From Candidatus Omnitrophota bacterium (GTDB lineage Bacteria > Omnitrophota > Gorgyraeia > Gorgyraeales > Gorgyraeaceae), in NCBI GenBank assembly GCA_042571405.1, contig JBHPHU010000001.1, positions 9,298 through 73,297 of the forward strand: a stretch of 64,000 nt of DNA, written 5' to 3'. The position numbers were made by a program, and so were the translations under genes. The notes under the pieces are model-generated. The model was not told where the DNA came from and searched no databases. It worked only from the letters and a program-made list of their open reading frames with translations. Below, piece by piece: positions 30,332-40,558 of this stretch (positions are counted from its first letter, which is position 1; each line of letters opens with the position of its first letter).

Positions 30332-31210
30332 ATGGGAGAATTGCCAAAAGATAAACTGCTTACAATCAGAAAAATCCTCACTGAAGCGCAAAAAGGCAAA
30401 GATACGAAAGAACGCATTGAAATTTTTGTAAAAGAATTCAGCGATCAATACGATAATTTAGGTCCTGACGCAATAGCATGGATGCGGCATTCTGTATTGG
30501 TGGCGGAAGAAGTTTTTGGCCTGGAGATAGACCACTTCCTCGATAGCAGCCCGCAAGGCGCATGGGATAGCACCACACCCGTATTGACTGCGGCTATGCT
30601 CCATTACATAAAGCCGGAACACACTGTTATATCACTAGGCCCCGGTCCTTTCGCTACTGAGGCATGTGTGGTAAGCAAAGAAAAAGATATGCAGATTATA
30701 ACGCTGGAAATCTGGGAACCCTACATTGAGAGTGGCAAAAAAACCTCTGAAGCAAACAATGCCAATGTAATATTCATAAAATCTGACGTCTATACACCTA
30801 TAGACCCTGTACAGACGCGTTGTCTGCCGAAGGCAGACAACGCGTCTGTACAGGACAAAAACAAACTACCTGAGAATGTAGACTATATTACGTGGAACCC
30901 CCCTTATGTGCCAAGTGCGGATGCTAAAAAATCAGGTTTCTTTGATAGCCCTAAAGTGGTTTCGTATGCATTCGATGGCGGGCCGGAAGGCACAACATTG
31001 ATAGAGCGCGGCCTCAGAGAACTCCCTGAAAACTGGAAGACAAATGCTAAGCTACTCTTTGGCGTAAACACTGTAAAGGTGTCAGAAGACAGTATGCGTC
31101 GTATTGCAGAAAAAAACGGATTCAATCTGCTTGAGATATTTAAACTCTCTGGCAGTCCATGTGAAGTCTTTGTATTTCAGCACACTTCAGCTATTACCGG
31201 AGATAAATGA
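30332..31210 (+). CDS. SAM-dependent methyltransferase (NPPY-type, HemK/PrmC-like)
   Basis: TWNPPYVPS motif. Interrupted in frame by the palindromic element at 30806-30854. Confidence 0.7.
   Translation: MGELPKDKLLTIRKILTEAQKGKDTKERIEIFVKEFSDQYDNLGPDAIAWMRHSVLVAEEVFGLEIDHFLDSSPQGAWDSTTPVLTAAMLHYIKPEHTVISLGPGPFATEACVVSKEKDMQIITLEIWEPYIESGKKTSEANNANVIFIKSDVYTPIDPVQTRCLPKADNASVQDKNKLPENVDYITWNPPYVPSADAKKSGFFDSPKVVSYAFDGGPEGTTLIERGLRELPENWKTNAKLLFGVNTVKVSEDSMRRIAEKNGFNLLEIFKLSGSPCEVFVFQHTSAITGDK
30806..30854. repeat. GC-rich palindromic element, family 1, translated in frame
   Basis: cctgtacagacgcgttgtctgcc gaa ggcagacaacgcgtctgtacagg gives 23-bp perfect arms. Encodes PVQTRCLPKADNASVQ. Confidence 0.9.
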
Positions 31211-32550
31211 AAAAAATCGTTATTATAGGCGCAGGGCCAACCGGATTGGGAGCGGCTCATAGACTGAAAGAGCTTGGACATAAGAATTTTCTGGTTTACG
31301 AGAAAAACAGCTATCCCGGAGGTCTTTGCGCGAGCTTTAAAGATAAGCAGGGTTTTACCTGGGATCTGGGAGGACATGTCATATTCTCACATTATAAATA
31401 CTTCGATAAATTCTTAACGCATGCCCTTGGCAATAATTATCTAAAACATAAACGCAGGGCCTGGATACGCACAATGGATAGATGGATACCATATCCGTTT
31501 CAAAACAACTTAAGGTATCTGCCAAAAGAGATCATTACAGAGTGCCTGGACAGCCTCAGGCAAGTCCGACTAAAAAAAAAGAAATCAAATAATTTTAAAG
31601 AATGGGTATTTGATAATATGGGTAAAAGTATCGCCAAATATTTCATGCTCCCTTATAATTTTAAAGTCTGGGCGCATCCTATCCATATGTTGAGTTCTGA
31701 CTGGATCAATGAAAGAGTAAGTCCTGTAAAATTAAAAGATGCCGTAGAGTTATTGGCATCCGAAGCGGATGAAACTGACTGGGGACCAAACGCAACGTTT
31801 AAGTTTCCTCTCTTTGGAGGAACTAATACGATATTTAAAAAGACAGTATCTTCTCTGAATAGCCATATCCATTTTAATTCAGAATTAATAGGAGTTGACG
31901 CTGGATCAAAAAAGATCCTGCTCTCAGGAAACAGAAAAGAGAGTTACGATATACTGATAAACACCTCTCCTCTGGACAAATTCATAAAATTGATCAAAGG
32001 ATCCGGGAAGGACCTATCAAGCGCAGGTCTAAACCTAAAACACAACGGAGTATATATAGTAGGTATAGGTTTTAACAAACCATGCCCGAGCAATAAATGC
32101 TGGATGTATTTTCCTGATAAAAATAGCCCCTTTTTCAGAGTTACTTATTTTTCCAATTATTCTCCGAATAATGTTCCTGATAGTAAAAAACATTTCTCTT
32201 TGCTCTGTGAAAGCGCGTATTCTAAATATAAAAAAGAAGAAAAGGCAAAAATTGTGGAAAAGACTATTCAGGGATTAGTCAAATCGGGTTTGATAAAAAA
32301 ATCCGACAGGAAATTTATAATTTCAAAATTTTTATTTGATATAGATTGTGCATACCCAATACCTACTCTAAAAAGAAACGAGGCCTTACGGGAGATTCAA
32401 ACAGAGTTAGAAAAGATGGATATGTATTCTCGCGGCCGTTTTGGCGCATGGAAGTATGAAATTGGAAATACGGATCACTCCATGATGCAAGGTAAGGAAA
32501 TAGTGGATAGGCTTTTAAGAAAAGGAAAAGAAAAGGTGTGGAGTCTGTAA
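31207..32550 (+). CDS. FAD-dependent oxidoreductase, UDP-galactopyranose-mutase-like
   Basis: IIGAGPTGLGAA dinucleotide motif and C-terminal GRFGAWKYEIGNTDHSMMQG. Confidence 0.6.
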   Translation: MKKIVIIGAGPTGLGAAHRLKELGHKNFLVYEKNSYPGGLCASFKDKQGFTWDLGGHVIFSHYKYFDKFLTHALGNNYLKHKRRAWIRTMDRWIPYPFQNNLRYLPKEIITECLDSLRQVRLKKKKSNNFKEWVFDNMGKSIAKYFMLPYNFKVWAHPIHMLSSDWINERVSPVKLKDAVELLASEADETDWGPNATFKFPLFGGTNTIFKKTVSSLNSHIHFNSELIGVDAGSKKILLSGNRKESYDILINTSPLDKFIKLIKGSGKDLSSAGLNLKHNGVYIVGIGFNKPCPSNKCWMYFPDKNSPFFRVTYFSNYSPNNVPDSKKHFSLLCESAYSKYKKEEKAKIVEKTIQGLVKSGLIKKSDRKFIISKFLFDIDCAYPIPTLKRNEALREIQTELEKMDMYSRGRFGAWKYEIGNTDHSMMQGKEIVDRLLRKGKEKVWSL

Positions 32551-32551
32551 T

Positions 32552-33259
32552 ATGTCAGTTTCTATTGTAATGCCATGCTATAACGAAGAAGGAATTATTG
32601 AAAAAACAGTAAGGGCTTTCTATGATGAGATTGATTCCGTAATTAGCGATTCGGAATTCATAGTGATTGATGACTGCAGCATAGATAATACATACAATAT
32701 TCTGGAAAAATTAAAAAGTAACCTCCCGAAACTGAAGATCCTTAAAACACCTATTAATAGCGGTCATGGCAAGGCCATGTGGATGGGATATGAGCAGGCC
32801 CGAAAAGAATGGGTATTCCAGGTAGATAGCGACGGGCAATTTGAGGCCAGGGATTTCCGAAATCTATATGCGCTGAAAAACAAGTATGATTTTATACTTG
32901 GATTTCGCACAGTAAGGCACGATCCCACATATAGACTTCTTTTAGCAAAAATAATTCGCGCTGCGAATTTTGTCCTTTTTGGAACGTGGATCAGAGACGC
33001 CAACTGTCCATTCCGCCTGATAAAAAAAGAAATCCTTGATGAAATTCTTCAAGCAGTAGACAAAGAGACCTTGACGCCAAATATCATGATTTCAATCCTG
33101 GCAAAGAAAAAAAAGATTAATATGATAGAAGTTCCTGTAACCCATTACAAGAGAAAAACAGGTGTTGTCTCAATCGCAAACTGGAACCTTATAAAATTTG
33201 CACTTAAGGGATTAGGACAGCTCATATCTTTCAGAAAGAAACTAGCAAATGAAAGTTAA
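32552..33259 (+). CDS. family 2 glycosyltransferase
   Basis: VSIVMPCYNEE start, DDCSID (DxD), 235 aa. Confidence 0.85.
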   Translation: MSVSIVMPCYNEEGIIEKTVRAFYDEIDSVISDSEFIVIDDCSIDNTYNILEKLKSNLPKLKILKTPINSGHGKAMWMGYEQARKEWVFQVDSDGQFEARDFRNLYALKNKYDFILGFRTVRHDPTYRLLLAKIIRAANFVLFGTWIRDANCPFRLIKKEILDEILQAVDKETLTPNIMISILAKKKKINMIEVPVTHYKRKTGVVSIANWNLIKFALKGLGQLISFRKKLANES

Positions 33260-34733
33260 ACTGCATCCCATCATAATAATAGGCGGCCTTACGCTACTAG
33301 GCGGACTGCTTAGATTTTATCATCTAGGATATAAATCCCTATGGTTCGATGAAGCTGGACTCTACTGGATAGCTCGCGGCAGAGATATTATGGAAATAAT
33401 CTCTTTGAACGCCGCAGGGAACAGCGCTCCGCCCCTATTCCCCCTCCTGGTAAATCTTATCTCAAAGATCGGCGACTCGGAAGCAATATTACGATCTATA
33501 TCTTTCCTGGCCGGAACTGCTGCCATTCCCGCAGTATACTTTTTATGCAAACAGTTCCTTCACAGATACACTGCTTACTTTTGCGCGTTTCTTGTCGCTA
33601 TCTCCTCATCGCAAGTCATGTATTCTCAGGAACTGCGCGAATATTCTGTAGCGTTCCTCCTCGCGACATTGATACTTTTATTCTTCAATAGGTTCCTGCG
33701 CGAACAAAACTACAAAAATCTGCTCTACTTGGCATTGGCCTCTATTATAGGTATTTTTTCTCAATATGGCCTCGCGCTTTTAATCTTGGCTCTTAATCTG
33801 ATCGTAGCCGTAGAGTTATTTTTTATAAACGATAAAAAGAAACTACTTACCGGATGGGCTGCAATTCAATTCCTTGTACTGTGCGCAGCTATTGTGACCT
33901 ACCAGCTTTCACTGAGACATCAGATGGAATCAGGTTTTGGCGCCGGATATCTGGCAAATGCCTATTGGGACGGATCACTGGGCTCTTTGATCAAACTAGC
34001 AACAGTAAACACATATCAGTTTTTCGCATTCGCCTCTTCTGCGTCTGGCCTATTCTGTTTTATATTCTTCATCGGCTTCTTAAACGAGTTGAAAAAACGC
34101 TCTGATCGAACAGCGCTTATGCTGCTTATCTTTCCAATGGTCATTACATTTATCGCTGCGTGCGCCAGGCTATATCCATATCTTGGCAGAAGGCAAGATA
34201 TCTTTCTTGTGCCTATGATTTACGTTTTTGCAGGATTTGGGTTTGAGTTTTTGTCTAAGTTAGACCTTGTCCAGACGCGTTGTCTGCCGAAGGCAGACAA
34301 CGCGTCTGGACAAGGTAAGAAACGAATCATTATCTTGCCTTTAGTGTTAATTCTGGGATTCGTAGGACTTTATCGTACAGGAGAATATCTAAAAGATCCA
34401 GGATTCCAGCATATCAGGCCCGTCATAAAGACTTTGTCAGCTTCGTTTGAACCCAAAGACAGAATGTACATCTATTACGGAGCTAATCCCGCCTTTAGAT
34501 ATTATTATCGAAAGAATATGGATAGAAGGATTTATGGCGTGCGCAGTATAGAGAAACCTGAAAAATATCTCACGCAACTGGATGAAGCTTTATCAAAGCA
34601 AGGCCGTATCTGGATGGTATTTTCGCATTGCCATCCCAATGAACCTGAGTTAATCACGCAGCATACCTCTAAATACCGCAAAGTTAAGCTGGTTTCGACT
34701 AGCCCCGGGGCGTTTCTATATCTTGCGGACTAG
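33249..34733 (+). CDS. GT39/ArnT-like membrane glycosyltransferase
   Basis: Many TM helices and N-terminal YHLGYKSLWFDEA (DE motif loop). Interrupted in frame by the palindrome at 34265-34315. Confidence 0.6.
   Translation: MKVKLHPIIIIGGLTLLGGLLRFYHLGYKSLWFDEAGLYWIARGRDIMEIISLNAAGNSAPPLFPLLVNLISKIGDSEAILRSISFLAGTAAIPAVYFLCKQFLHRYTAYFCAFLVAISSSQVMYSQELREYSVAFLLATLILLFFNRFLREQNYKNLLYLALASIIGIFSQYGLALLILALNLIVAVELFFINDKKKLLTGWAAIQFLVLCAAIVTYQLSLRHQMESGFGAGYLANAYWDGSLGSLIKLATVNTYQFFAFASSASGLFCFIFFIGFLNELKKRSDRTALMLLIFPMVITFIAACARLYPYLGRRQDIFLVPMIYVFAGFGFEFLSKLDLVQTRCLPKADNASGQGKKRIIILPLVLILGFVGLYRTGEYLKDPGFQHIRPVIKTLSASFEPKDRMYIYYGANPAFRYYYRKNMDRRIYGVRSIEKPEKYLTQLDEALSKQGRIWMVFSHCHPNEPELITQHTSKYRKVKLVSTSPGAFLYLAD
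34265..34315. repeat. GC-rich palindromic element, family 1, translated in frame
   Basis: ccttgtccagacgcgttgtctgcc gaa ggcagacaacgcgtctggacaagg gives 24-bp perfect arms. Encodes LVQTRCLPKADNASGQ. Confidence 0.9.
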
Positions 34734-36148
34734 ATTTTTATGATCCTGTAATCTCTAAGCCTCTGTATCAGGAATTTTATCTGGCGCAGCCTGACAAATT
34801 TAACAAGCTTTAAAATTATAGAAAATCTAAAATAAAAAACCCTGAACGCCTTAGCTTGAGCCTTCATAAGTTCTTCTCGAGTCAAACCTTCAGGAATCCA
34901 CTCAGGTTCTTTATAGCTATTCTTATTCCAGTCGGGCTTGAAACTTCCTTTTAGTCTGCACCAAAGTTCTGACCCTGGCAGTATATCCAGTATCACAAAC
35001 TGTGCCCTTGAAAGCCTTGACCTTCTTGCGAAATCTATAGTCTCCTCTATAGTCTCACGCGTTTCTCCAGGCAGTCCAAAAATGAAAAACCCCTGACATG
35101 AGATCCCTTCTTTATCCGCTATCTCTATAGCCTTGTTAATGGTTTCTAGCGTTGTGTGTTTTTTTAGATTATTCAAGATAGCTGGACTAGCGGATTCTAT
35201 GCCCATGGAAAAATAATAACAGCCGCTCTTTACCATTAATTTCACTAATTCCTTATCGATCTTGTCTGCCCGCACACCACTGGGAAGGCTCCAACTTATC
35301 TTCAGTTTATTCTGAATTATAAGATTGCATATTTGCTCTATATGAGTTCTCTTGAACGTAATATTATCATCTACAAACTGGATTTCTTTAACGCCGAAAT
35401 CTTTAACCAAATGCTTGATCTCTTCTACGACATTTTCAGGCGACCTGAATCGTATCTTCCTATCACAGAATCCCGGACTAGCGCAAAAAATACACTCGTA
35501 AGGACAGCCTCGCGTAGTTATCATAGAACCGATGGGGAAATTTTTTACTATAGCTCCGTACGGAGCCCTTGAATAAAGCTTTGGGGATATTTGCGTCCAA
35601 TCAGGAAATGGTATTTTGTCCAAGTCTTGAATGACCTCTGCTTTTACTATCACGTCATCATCGCTCTTTAAATCTCCCATTGAATATACGCCTGGTATTC
35701 CGTCGTTCTTGAAATTATTCTGGATCAATTTTAGAAATGCTATCTCAGCCTCTCCGCATATAACAAAATCAGCCCTGGTATCTAATAAAGTTGAATAGGG
35801 TAAAAAGGTAGGATGAACTCCTCCGATAACGCATCGGATACTATGGTCTTTTATGCCTTTGCATAAATCTACTGTTTCATTGTAAAAAGCCGTTAAACTG
35901 CTTATCCCGACTATGTCTGGTTTTTCATCGAGTATTATTTTCAGTATCTCTTTATTATTTAGCCTATCCCTTAACCCATCTATTATTTTTATCTCGATCC
36001 TGTGTTTTTCTAAATATGAGGCCAGGTATCCTATTCCTAGAGGGGGTGTGATAATGTGGCTTTTATAATTTGGCCTGACTAATATAACCTTCATTTGGGT
36101 ACAGCCATCCACTCCCCTCTTATTTTGATTGCGTGCTGCGGCTCGCAC
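34730..36148 (-). CDS. B12-binding-domain radical SAM protein
   Basis: N-terminal cobalamin-binding-like domain followed by TRGCPYECIFCAS (CX3CX2C variant). Confidence 0.8.
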   Translation of the reverse strand: MRAAARNQNKRGVDGCTQMKVILVRPNYKSHIITPPLGIGYLASYLEKHRIEIKIIDGLRDRLNNKEILKIILDEKPDIVGISSLTAFYNETVDLCKGIKDHSIRCVIGGVHPTFLPYSTLLDTRADFVICGEAEIAFLKLIQNNFKNDGIPGVYSMGDLKSDDDVIVKAEVIQDLDKIPFPDWTQISPKLYSRAPYGAIVKNFPIGSMITTRGCPYECIFCASPGFCDRKIRFRSPENVVEEIKHLVKDFGVKEIQFVDDNITFKRTHIEQICNLIIQNKLKISWSLPSGVRADKIDKELVKLMVKSGCYYFSMGIESASPAILNNLKKHTTLETINKAIEIADKEGISCQGFFIFGLPGETRETIEETIDFARRSRLSRAQFVILDILPGSELWCRLKGSFKPDWNKNSYKEPEWIPEGLTREELMKAQAKAFRVFYFRFSIILKLVKFVRLRQIKFLIQRLRDYRIIKI

Positions 36149-37955
36149 GCTTGCGGTCTTCTTCTGTTAAATGCAATTTCCTGAGCCTTATGTACTTGGG
36201 GGTTATCTCGACTGATTCATCATCCTCAATAAACTCAAGAGCGAACTCTAGGGTCATTTGCCGTGGAGGTATAAGCGCGATCGCGTCATCACTTCCTGCA
36301 GCGCGCATATTAGTTAATTTCTTTCCACGTAAGGCGTTTACAACAAGATCAACGCCTTTATTGTTTACTCCTATTATCATCCCTTCGTACAGTTTTTCCC
36401 CAGGTTTAACAAAAATCTCACCACGCGCCTGTAAATTAAAAAGAGCGTACGCCACCGCGTCACCGCATCCATGTGAAATAAGAACGCCATTTTGACGGGT
36501 AGGCATATCTCCTTTGTAGGTCTGATATTCAAGGAAATTTTGGTACATAATGCCATTGCCTCGTGTCATCATAAGAAATTCGCTTCTAAACCCGATTAAG
36601 GCCCTTGAGGCAATAACAAATTCCATGCGAAGAGTTCCGGAAGATGTTGGCTTTAAACCGCGCATTTGAGCCTTGCGAGCGCCAAGCGCCTGCATAACAA
36701 CACCCTGATATTCATCCTCCACCTCAACTATCACCTCTTCAACAGGCTCAAGCGTTCGATCGCCCATTTTCTTCAAAATAACCTGCGGCTTGGAGACTTC
36801 CATTTCATACCCCTCACGGCGCATTGTTTCAATAAGAATAGCAAGATGCAGTTCACCGCGGCCTGAAACCTTTAATAGTTCAGTTCCAACAACATCCTCG
36901 ACCTTTATGCCGACATTGATCATAGCCTCATGCTCGAGACGCTCCCTGATATGTCGTGATGTTAAAAATCTACCTCCATCCTTACCGGAAAGAGGGCTTG
37001 TATTATGAGAAAAATTCATAGAGATCGTAGGTTCGTCTATCTTGATAGCAGGTAATCCTTTTGGGTCATCAATGCACGTAATCGTCTCTCCAACCTCTAC
37101 ACCCTCTATACCGGAGATCAATATAATATCTCCTGCTATAGCCTCATTGGCATCAATGCGGATTAGCCCACGATACTTCATGATCTTAGTTACCTTGCCT
37201 CTGGAAATAGTTCCATCGCGTTTCACAAGCGCCACAGGATCCCCAATACGGACAGCCCCATGAAAAACCCGCCCTATAGCGATCCGCCCGACATAAGAGT
37301 CATAATCAAGCATTGTAACCAGCATCTGAAAAGGCAGATCAGGGTTAGCTATCGGCGGCAACACCCTATGCAAAATAGTCTCTAAAAGAGGTTTCATAGA
37401 ATCTCTCGGCTCATCAAGATCAAGAGTAGCGTAACCATCCTTCCCCGAAGCGTAAACAATCGGAAAATCAAGCTGTTCATTAGAAGCGTTCAGCTCGCAG
37501 AAAAGATCAAATGTCATATCCGCCACTTCATCCGGACGGGCGTGGGGACGATCAAGCTTATTTATCACAAGTATCGGTTTTAAATGTAACTCCAGTGACT
37601 TCTTCAAAACAAATTTAGTCTGCGGCATTGGCCCTTCAAAAGCGTCAACAAGAAGAAGCACGCCATCAACCATTTTAAGAATACGTTCGACCTCACTGCC
37701 AAAATCAGCATGTCCTGGCGTATCAACAAGATTGAATTGCACTCCTTTATATTGCAGGGAGGCGTTTTTAGACAAGATGGTAATGCCTCTTTCTTTCTCA
37801 AGAGGGTTTGAGTCCATTATGGCGGTCTCGCCCTCTTTAAACTCATAGGCGCCTGTATATTTGAGCAGGGCATCTACAAGCGTAGTTTTCCCATGGTCAA
37901 CGTGCGCTATAATCGCAAGATTCCTTACATCTTTTCTTCTTTTTTGATTCGGCAT
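36120..37955 (-). CDS. typA: translational GTPase TypA/BipA
   Basis: AHVDHGKTT, DTPGHADF, NKLD G-motifs and full-length similarity to BipA. Confidence 0.95.
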   Translation of the reverse strand: MPNQKRRKDVRNLAIIAHVDHGKTTLVDALLKYTGAYEFKEGETAIMDSNPLEKERGITILSKNASLQYKGVQFNLVDTPGHADFGSEVERILKMVDGVLLLVDAFEGPMPQTKFVLKKSLELHLKPILVINKLDRPHARPDEVADMTFDLFCELNASNEQLDFPIVYASGKDGYATLDLDEPRDSMKPLLETILHRVLPPIANPDLPFQMLVTMLDYDSYVGRIAIGRVFHGAVRIGDPVALVKRDGTISRGKVTKIMKYRGLIRIDANEAIAGDIILISGIEGVEVGETITCIDDPKGLPAIKIDEPTISMNFSHNTSPLSGKDGGRFLTSRHIRERLEHEAMINVGIKVEDVVGTELLKVSGRGELHLAILIETMRREGYEMEVSKPQVILKKMGDRTLEPVEEVIVEVEDEYQGVVMQALGARKAQMRGLKPTSSGTLRMEFVIASRALIGFRSEFLMMTRGNGIMYQNFLEYQTYKGDMPTRQNGVLISHGCGDAVAYALFNLQARGEIFVKPGEKLYEGMIIGVNNKGVDLVVNALRGKKLTNMRAAGSDDAIALIPPRQMTLEFALEFIEDDESVEITPKYIRLRKLHLTEEDRKRASRSTQSK

Positions 37956-38027
37956 ATTTTTTTAGTTTCCTTCAAAAAAAATAAGAAGGCCTTAGTTTTC
38001 TTTCGCCTTCTCATTTCATTCAAATAT

Positions 38028-38504
38028 TTAAGCGCGTTTTTTTCTACTCGCGAAAAATGGCTTCTTCTTTTTAGCGGACTTCTGCCTTTTTTCAGTGTGC
38101 TTCTTATTGGAATGTCGTTCTCGAGGAAAATCTCTTTCTGGGGGTCTGTTATCCTGGTTTGCGTTAAACGGGTTGCCTGTTTTTCGCTTTGAAAAGCATT
38201 CCTTGCAATATACCGGACGGTCTCCGCTGGGTTTGAACGGAATCTCACATTCTTTGTTGCAGTCTGCGCAAATAACCTTGGTATAAGTTCTTTCCCTGTC
38301 ATGACGATGAGAGCGATCAAAGTGGCGAGGAGGGTTTTGGGAGTAACTTTTCTCAAAAGGCCTTTTTGAAGACTGGCTGATTAAGATATCCAGCTTCTTC
38401 CCCATATCGCTCAACTGCTGCTGCACTTTATTAATAAGATCAGCTACACCAGGTTCATCCTGCGGCGCAACTAATATACTTTTGCGTTTAAAACGTTTTT
38501 TCAC
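38028..38504 (-). CDS. CxxC-x17-CxxC zinc-ribbon domain protein
   Basis: CADCNKECEIPFKPSGDRPVYCKEC. Paralogous core to the ORF at 51612-51794. Confidence 0.7.
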   Translation of the reverse strand: MKKRFKRKSILVAPQDEPGVADLINKVQQQLSDMGKKLDILISQSSKRPFEKSYSQNPPRHFDRSHRHDRERTYTKVICADCNKECEIPFKPSGDRPVYCKECFSKRKTGNPFNANQDNRPPERDFPRERHSNKKHTEKRQKSAKKKKPFFASRKKRA

Positions 38505-38535
38505 ACTACCCCCTTCTTTTACCTACTATAACACA

Positions 38536-38572
38536 AATAAAAATCCCTTGCAACTTATTTTACTACAAGGGG
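38536..38572 (-). terminator. intrinsic terminator downstream of macB
   Basis: Minus sense: ccccttgtag-taaaataa-gttgcaaggg followed by a T-run. The stem needs G.U pairs that exist only on the minus strand. Confidence 0.6.
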
Positions 38573-38599
38573 TTAAAAATATTTAGCTCCACTATTATG

Positions 38600-40558
38600 T
38601 TACTCGTATCGAAGCGCTTCAATTGGATTAAGCTTGGATGCCTTTTTGGCAGGCCAAAGACCGAAGAATATGCCTACGGCAATTGAAAATCCTGCTGCGA
38701 TTAAGATATTGGAAATAGTGACTTTGGTGGCCCAACCAGCCAGAAATGAAAGCGCTGCGGACGTTAGCACACCAAGCAGTATTCCCATTAAGCCTCCGCT
38801 TAATGTCATAACTACTGCTTCTATAAGAAACTGGGTCATAATGTCTTTTGCCCGCGCTCCGATTGCCTTGCGCAGGCCTATTTCGCGCGTACGCTCAGTA
38901 ACAGAGACAAGCATGATATTCATAATACCAATGCCTCCGACCAAAAGAGAAATAGCGGCTATGCAACCTAAAAGCATGCTCATAGTTTTGGTAGTAGAAG
39001 AGAGCATTTCCTGGATCTCGCTCATGTCACGCATATGGAAATAATCATCGGGGTTCTTATATATACGATGACGTTTTGCGATAAGTTGTTCGATCTCCTC
39101 CTGAGCGTCTTTCATTGACTCTACTTCATCTATCTCGGCATAAATACCGTCCAGATAATCCTTTCCCAGCACCCTATACATGGCTGTTGTCACAGGCAGA
39201 TAAATAACATCGTCTCTGTCTCGCCAGCCGCTTGCGCCCTTTTCAGGAGCAATACCTATCACCTTAAAATTAATACGGTTTATTTTTATTGTCTCACCAA
39301 CAGGATTTACATTGCCAAAAAGTTTCTCGACCACGCTGAATCCAAGGATAGCTACTTTATAGCGCTGGGCGATCTCTTCTTTTGTAAACCACCTTCCTAT
39401 CTCAGGTATAGCAGCCCGCATTTCGCCATAATCATAACCTACTCCTTCGACTCTTGTACTCCAGTTCTCGCTTTTATAGACCACTTGGCCGCTTCCATTT
39501 GCATAGCCAGCGGCGCTTTTCACCATAGGTCCCAGACCCTTAATAGCTTCGATGTCACCTGTGGTAAAACGCGTTACAGAGCCAGCTGCGCGCGAAGCGC
39601 CTCTTGCCTTTCCAGAGCCGCCTTGTATTGAAAGAAGATTGGAACCCAGCGTCTTAAGCCTCTGTTCCATGGATACCTTGGCGCCCTGTCCAAGCGCAAC
39701 CATTGCTATGACTGCGGCCACGCCGAATAATATACCAAGCATTGAAAGAAATGAGCGGACTTTATTCGAAAAAATAGCCCTGAATGACTGGCGAATATGT
39801 TCCTTAAGTTCAATTTTTCCAAAATGGGACTGCTCTTGACCAGCCAAATCTTTAATTGAGATAATGGCTCTCTCCGGGCTTTCAGTCTTATGCCTGGTCT
39901 CATCAGAAACAATCCTTCCGTCTCGCATGGTTATGATTCTTTTTGCGTGCCGGGCTATTTCTTTCTCGTGCGTTACCAGGATTATAGTTTTGCCATCCTC
40001 GTTTAAATGCTTTAAAATTTTTATTATTTCTTCCTCGCTCTTTGTGTCCAGATTTCCGGTGGGTTCATCTGCTAACAAAATCAATGGATCGTTCACTAAT
40101 GCCCGAGCAATAGCCACTCTCTGCTGCTCGCCTCCTGATAACTCACTGGGTATATGAGTCACGCGGTCAGCAAGGCCCACTGACTTTAAATTCTCCCTGG
40201 CGTTTTCGATTATGCTTTTTTTACCTGAATATACGAGCGGGAGTTCAACATTTTCAAGCGCGCTTGTCCTCCGCAAAAGATGAAACTGTTGAAACACAAA
40301 ACCAAGCAGGCGGTTCCTTAGATGCGCAAGCTCATCATCCGAAAGTTCTGAGATCTCAGTCCCTAAAATCTTATACGAGCCTTTGTCCGGACGGTCCAGA
40401 AAACCCAGCATGTGTAAAAGAGTGGATTTACCTGAGCCGGACGATCCCATAATAGCCACGAACTCGCCCTGCCCGACACTAAGCGAGACATCGTCTAACG
40501 CAGCAATAGACACCTCTCCCTTGCCATAAGTTTTATATAGGCTCTTTAATTCTATCAT
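38600..40558 (-). CDS. macB: MacB-type ABC transporter (fused ATPase plus FtsX-like permease)
   Basis: Walker A GSSGSGKST, signature LSGGEQQRV, Walker B LLADEPT, and a C-terminal 4-TM permease. Confidence 0.9.
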   Translation of the reverse strand: MIELKSLYKTYGKGEVSIAALDDVSLSVGQGEFVAIMGSSGSGKSTLLHMLGFLDRPDKGSYKILGTEISELSDDELAHLRNRLLGFVFQQFHLLRRTSALENVELPLVYSGKKSIIENARENLKSVGLADRVTHIPSELSGGEQQRVAIARALVNDPLILLADEPTGNLDTKSEEEIIKILKHLNEDGKTIILVTHEKEIARHAKRIITMRDGRIVSDETRHKTESPERAIISIKDLAGQEQSHFGKIELKEHIRQSFRAIFSNKVRSFLSMLGILFGVAAVIAMVALGQGAKVSMEQRLKTLGSNLLSIQGGSGKARGASRAAGSVTRFTTGDIEAIKGLGPMVKSAAGYANGSGQVVYKSENWSTRVEGVGYDYGEMRAAIPEIGRWFTKEEIAQRYKVAILGFSVVEKLFGNVNPVGETIKINRINFKVIGIAPEKGASGWRDRDDVIYLPVTTAMYRVLGKDYLDGIYAEIDEVESMKDAQEEIEQLIAKRHRIYKNPDDYFHMRDMSEIQEMLSSTTKTMSMLLGCIAAISLLVGGIGIMNIMLVSVTERTREIGLRKAIGARAKDIMTQFLIEAVVMTLSGGLMGILLGVLTSAALSFLAGWATKVTISNILIAAGFSIAVGIFFGLWPAKKASKLNPIEALRYE

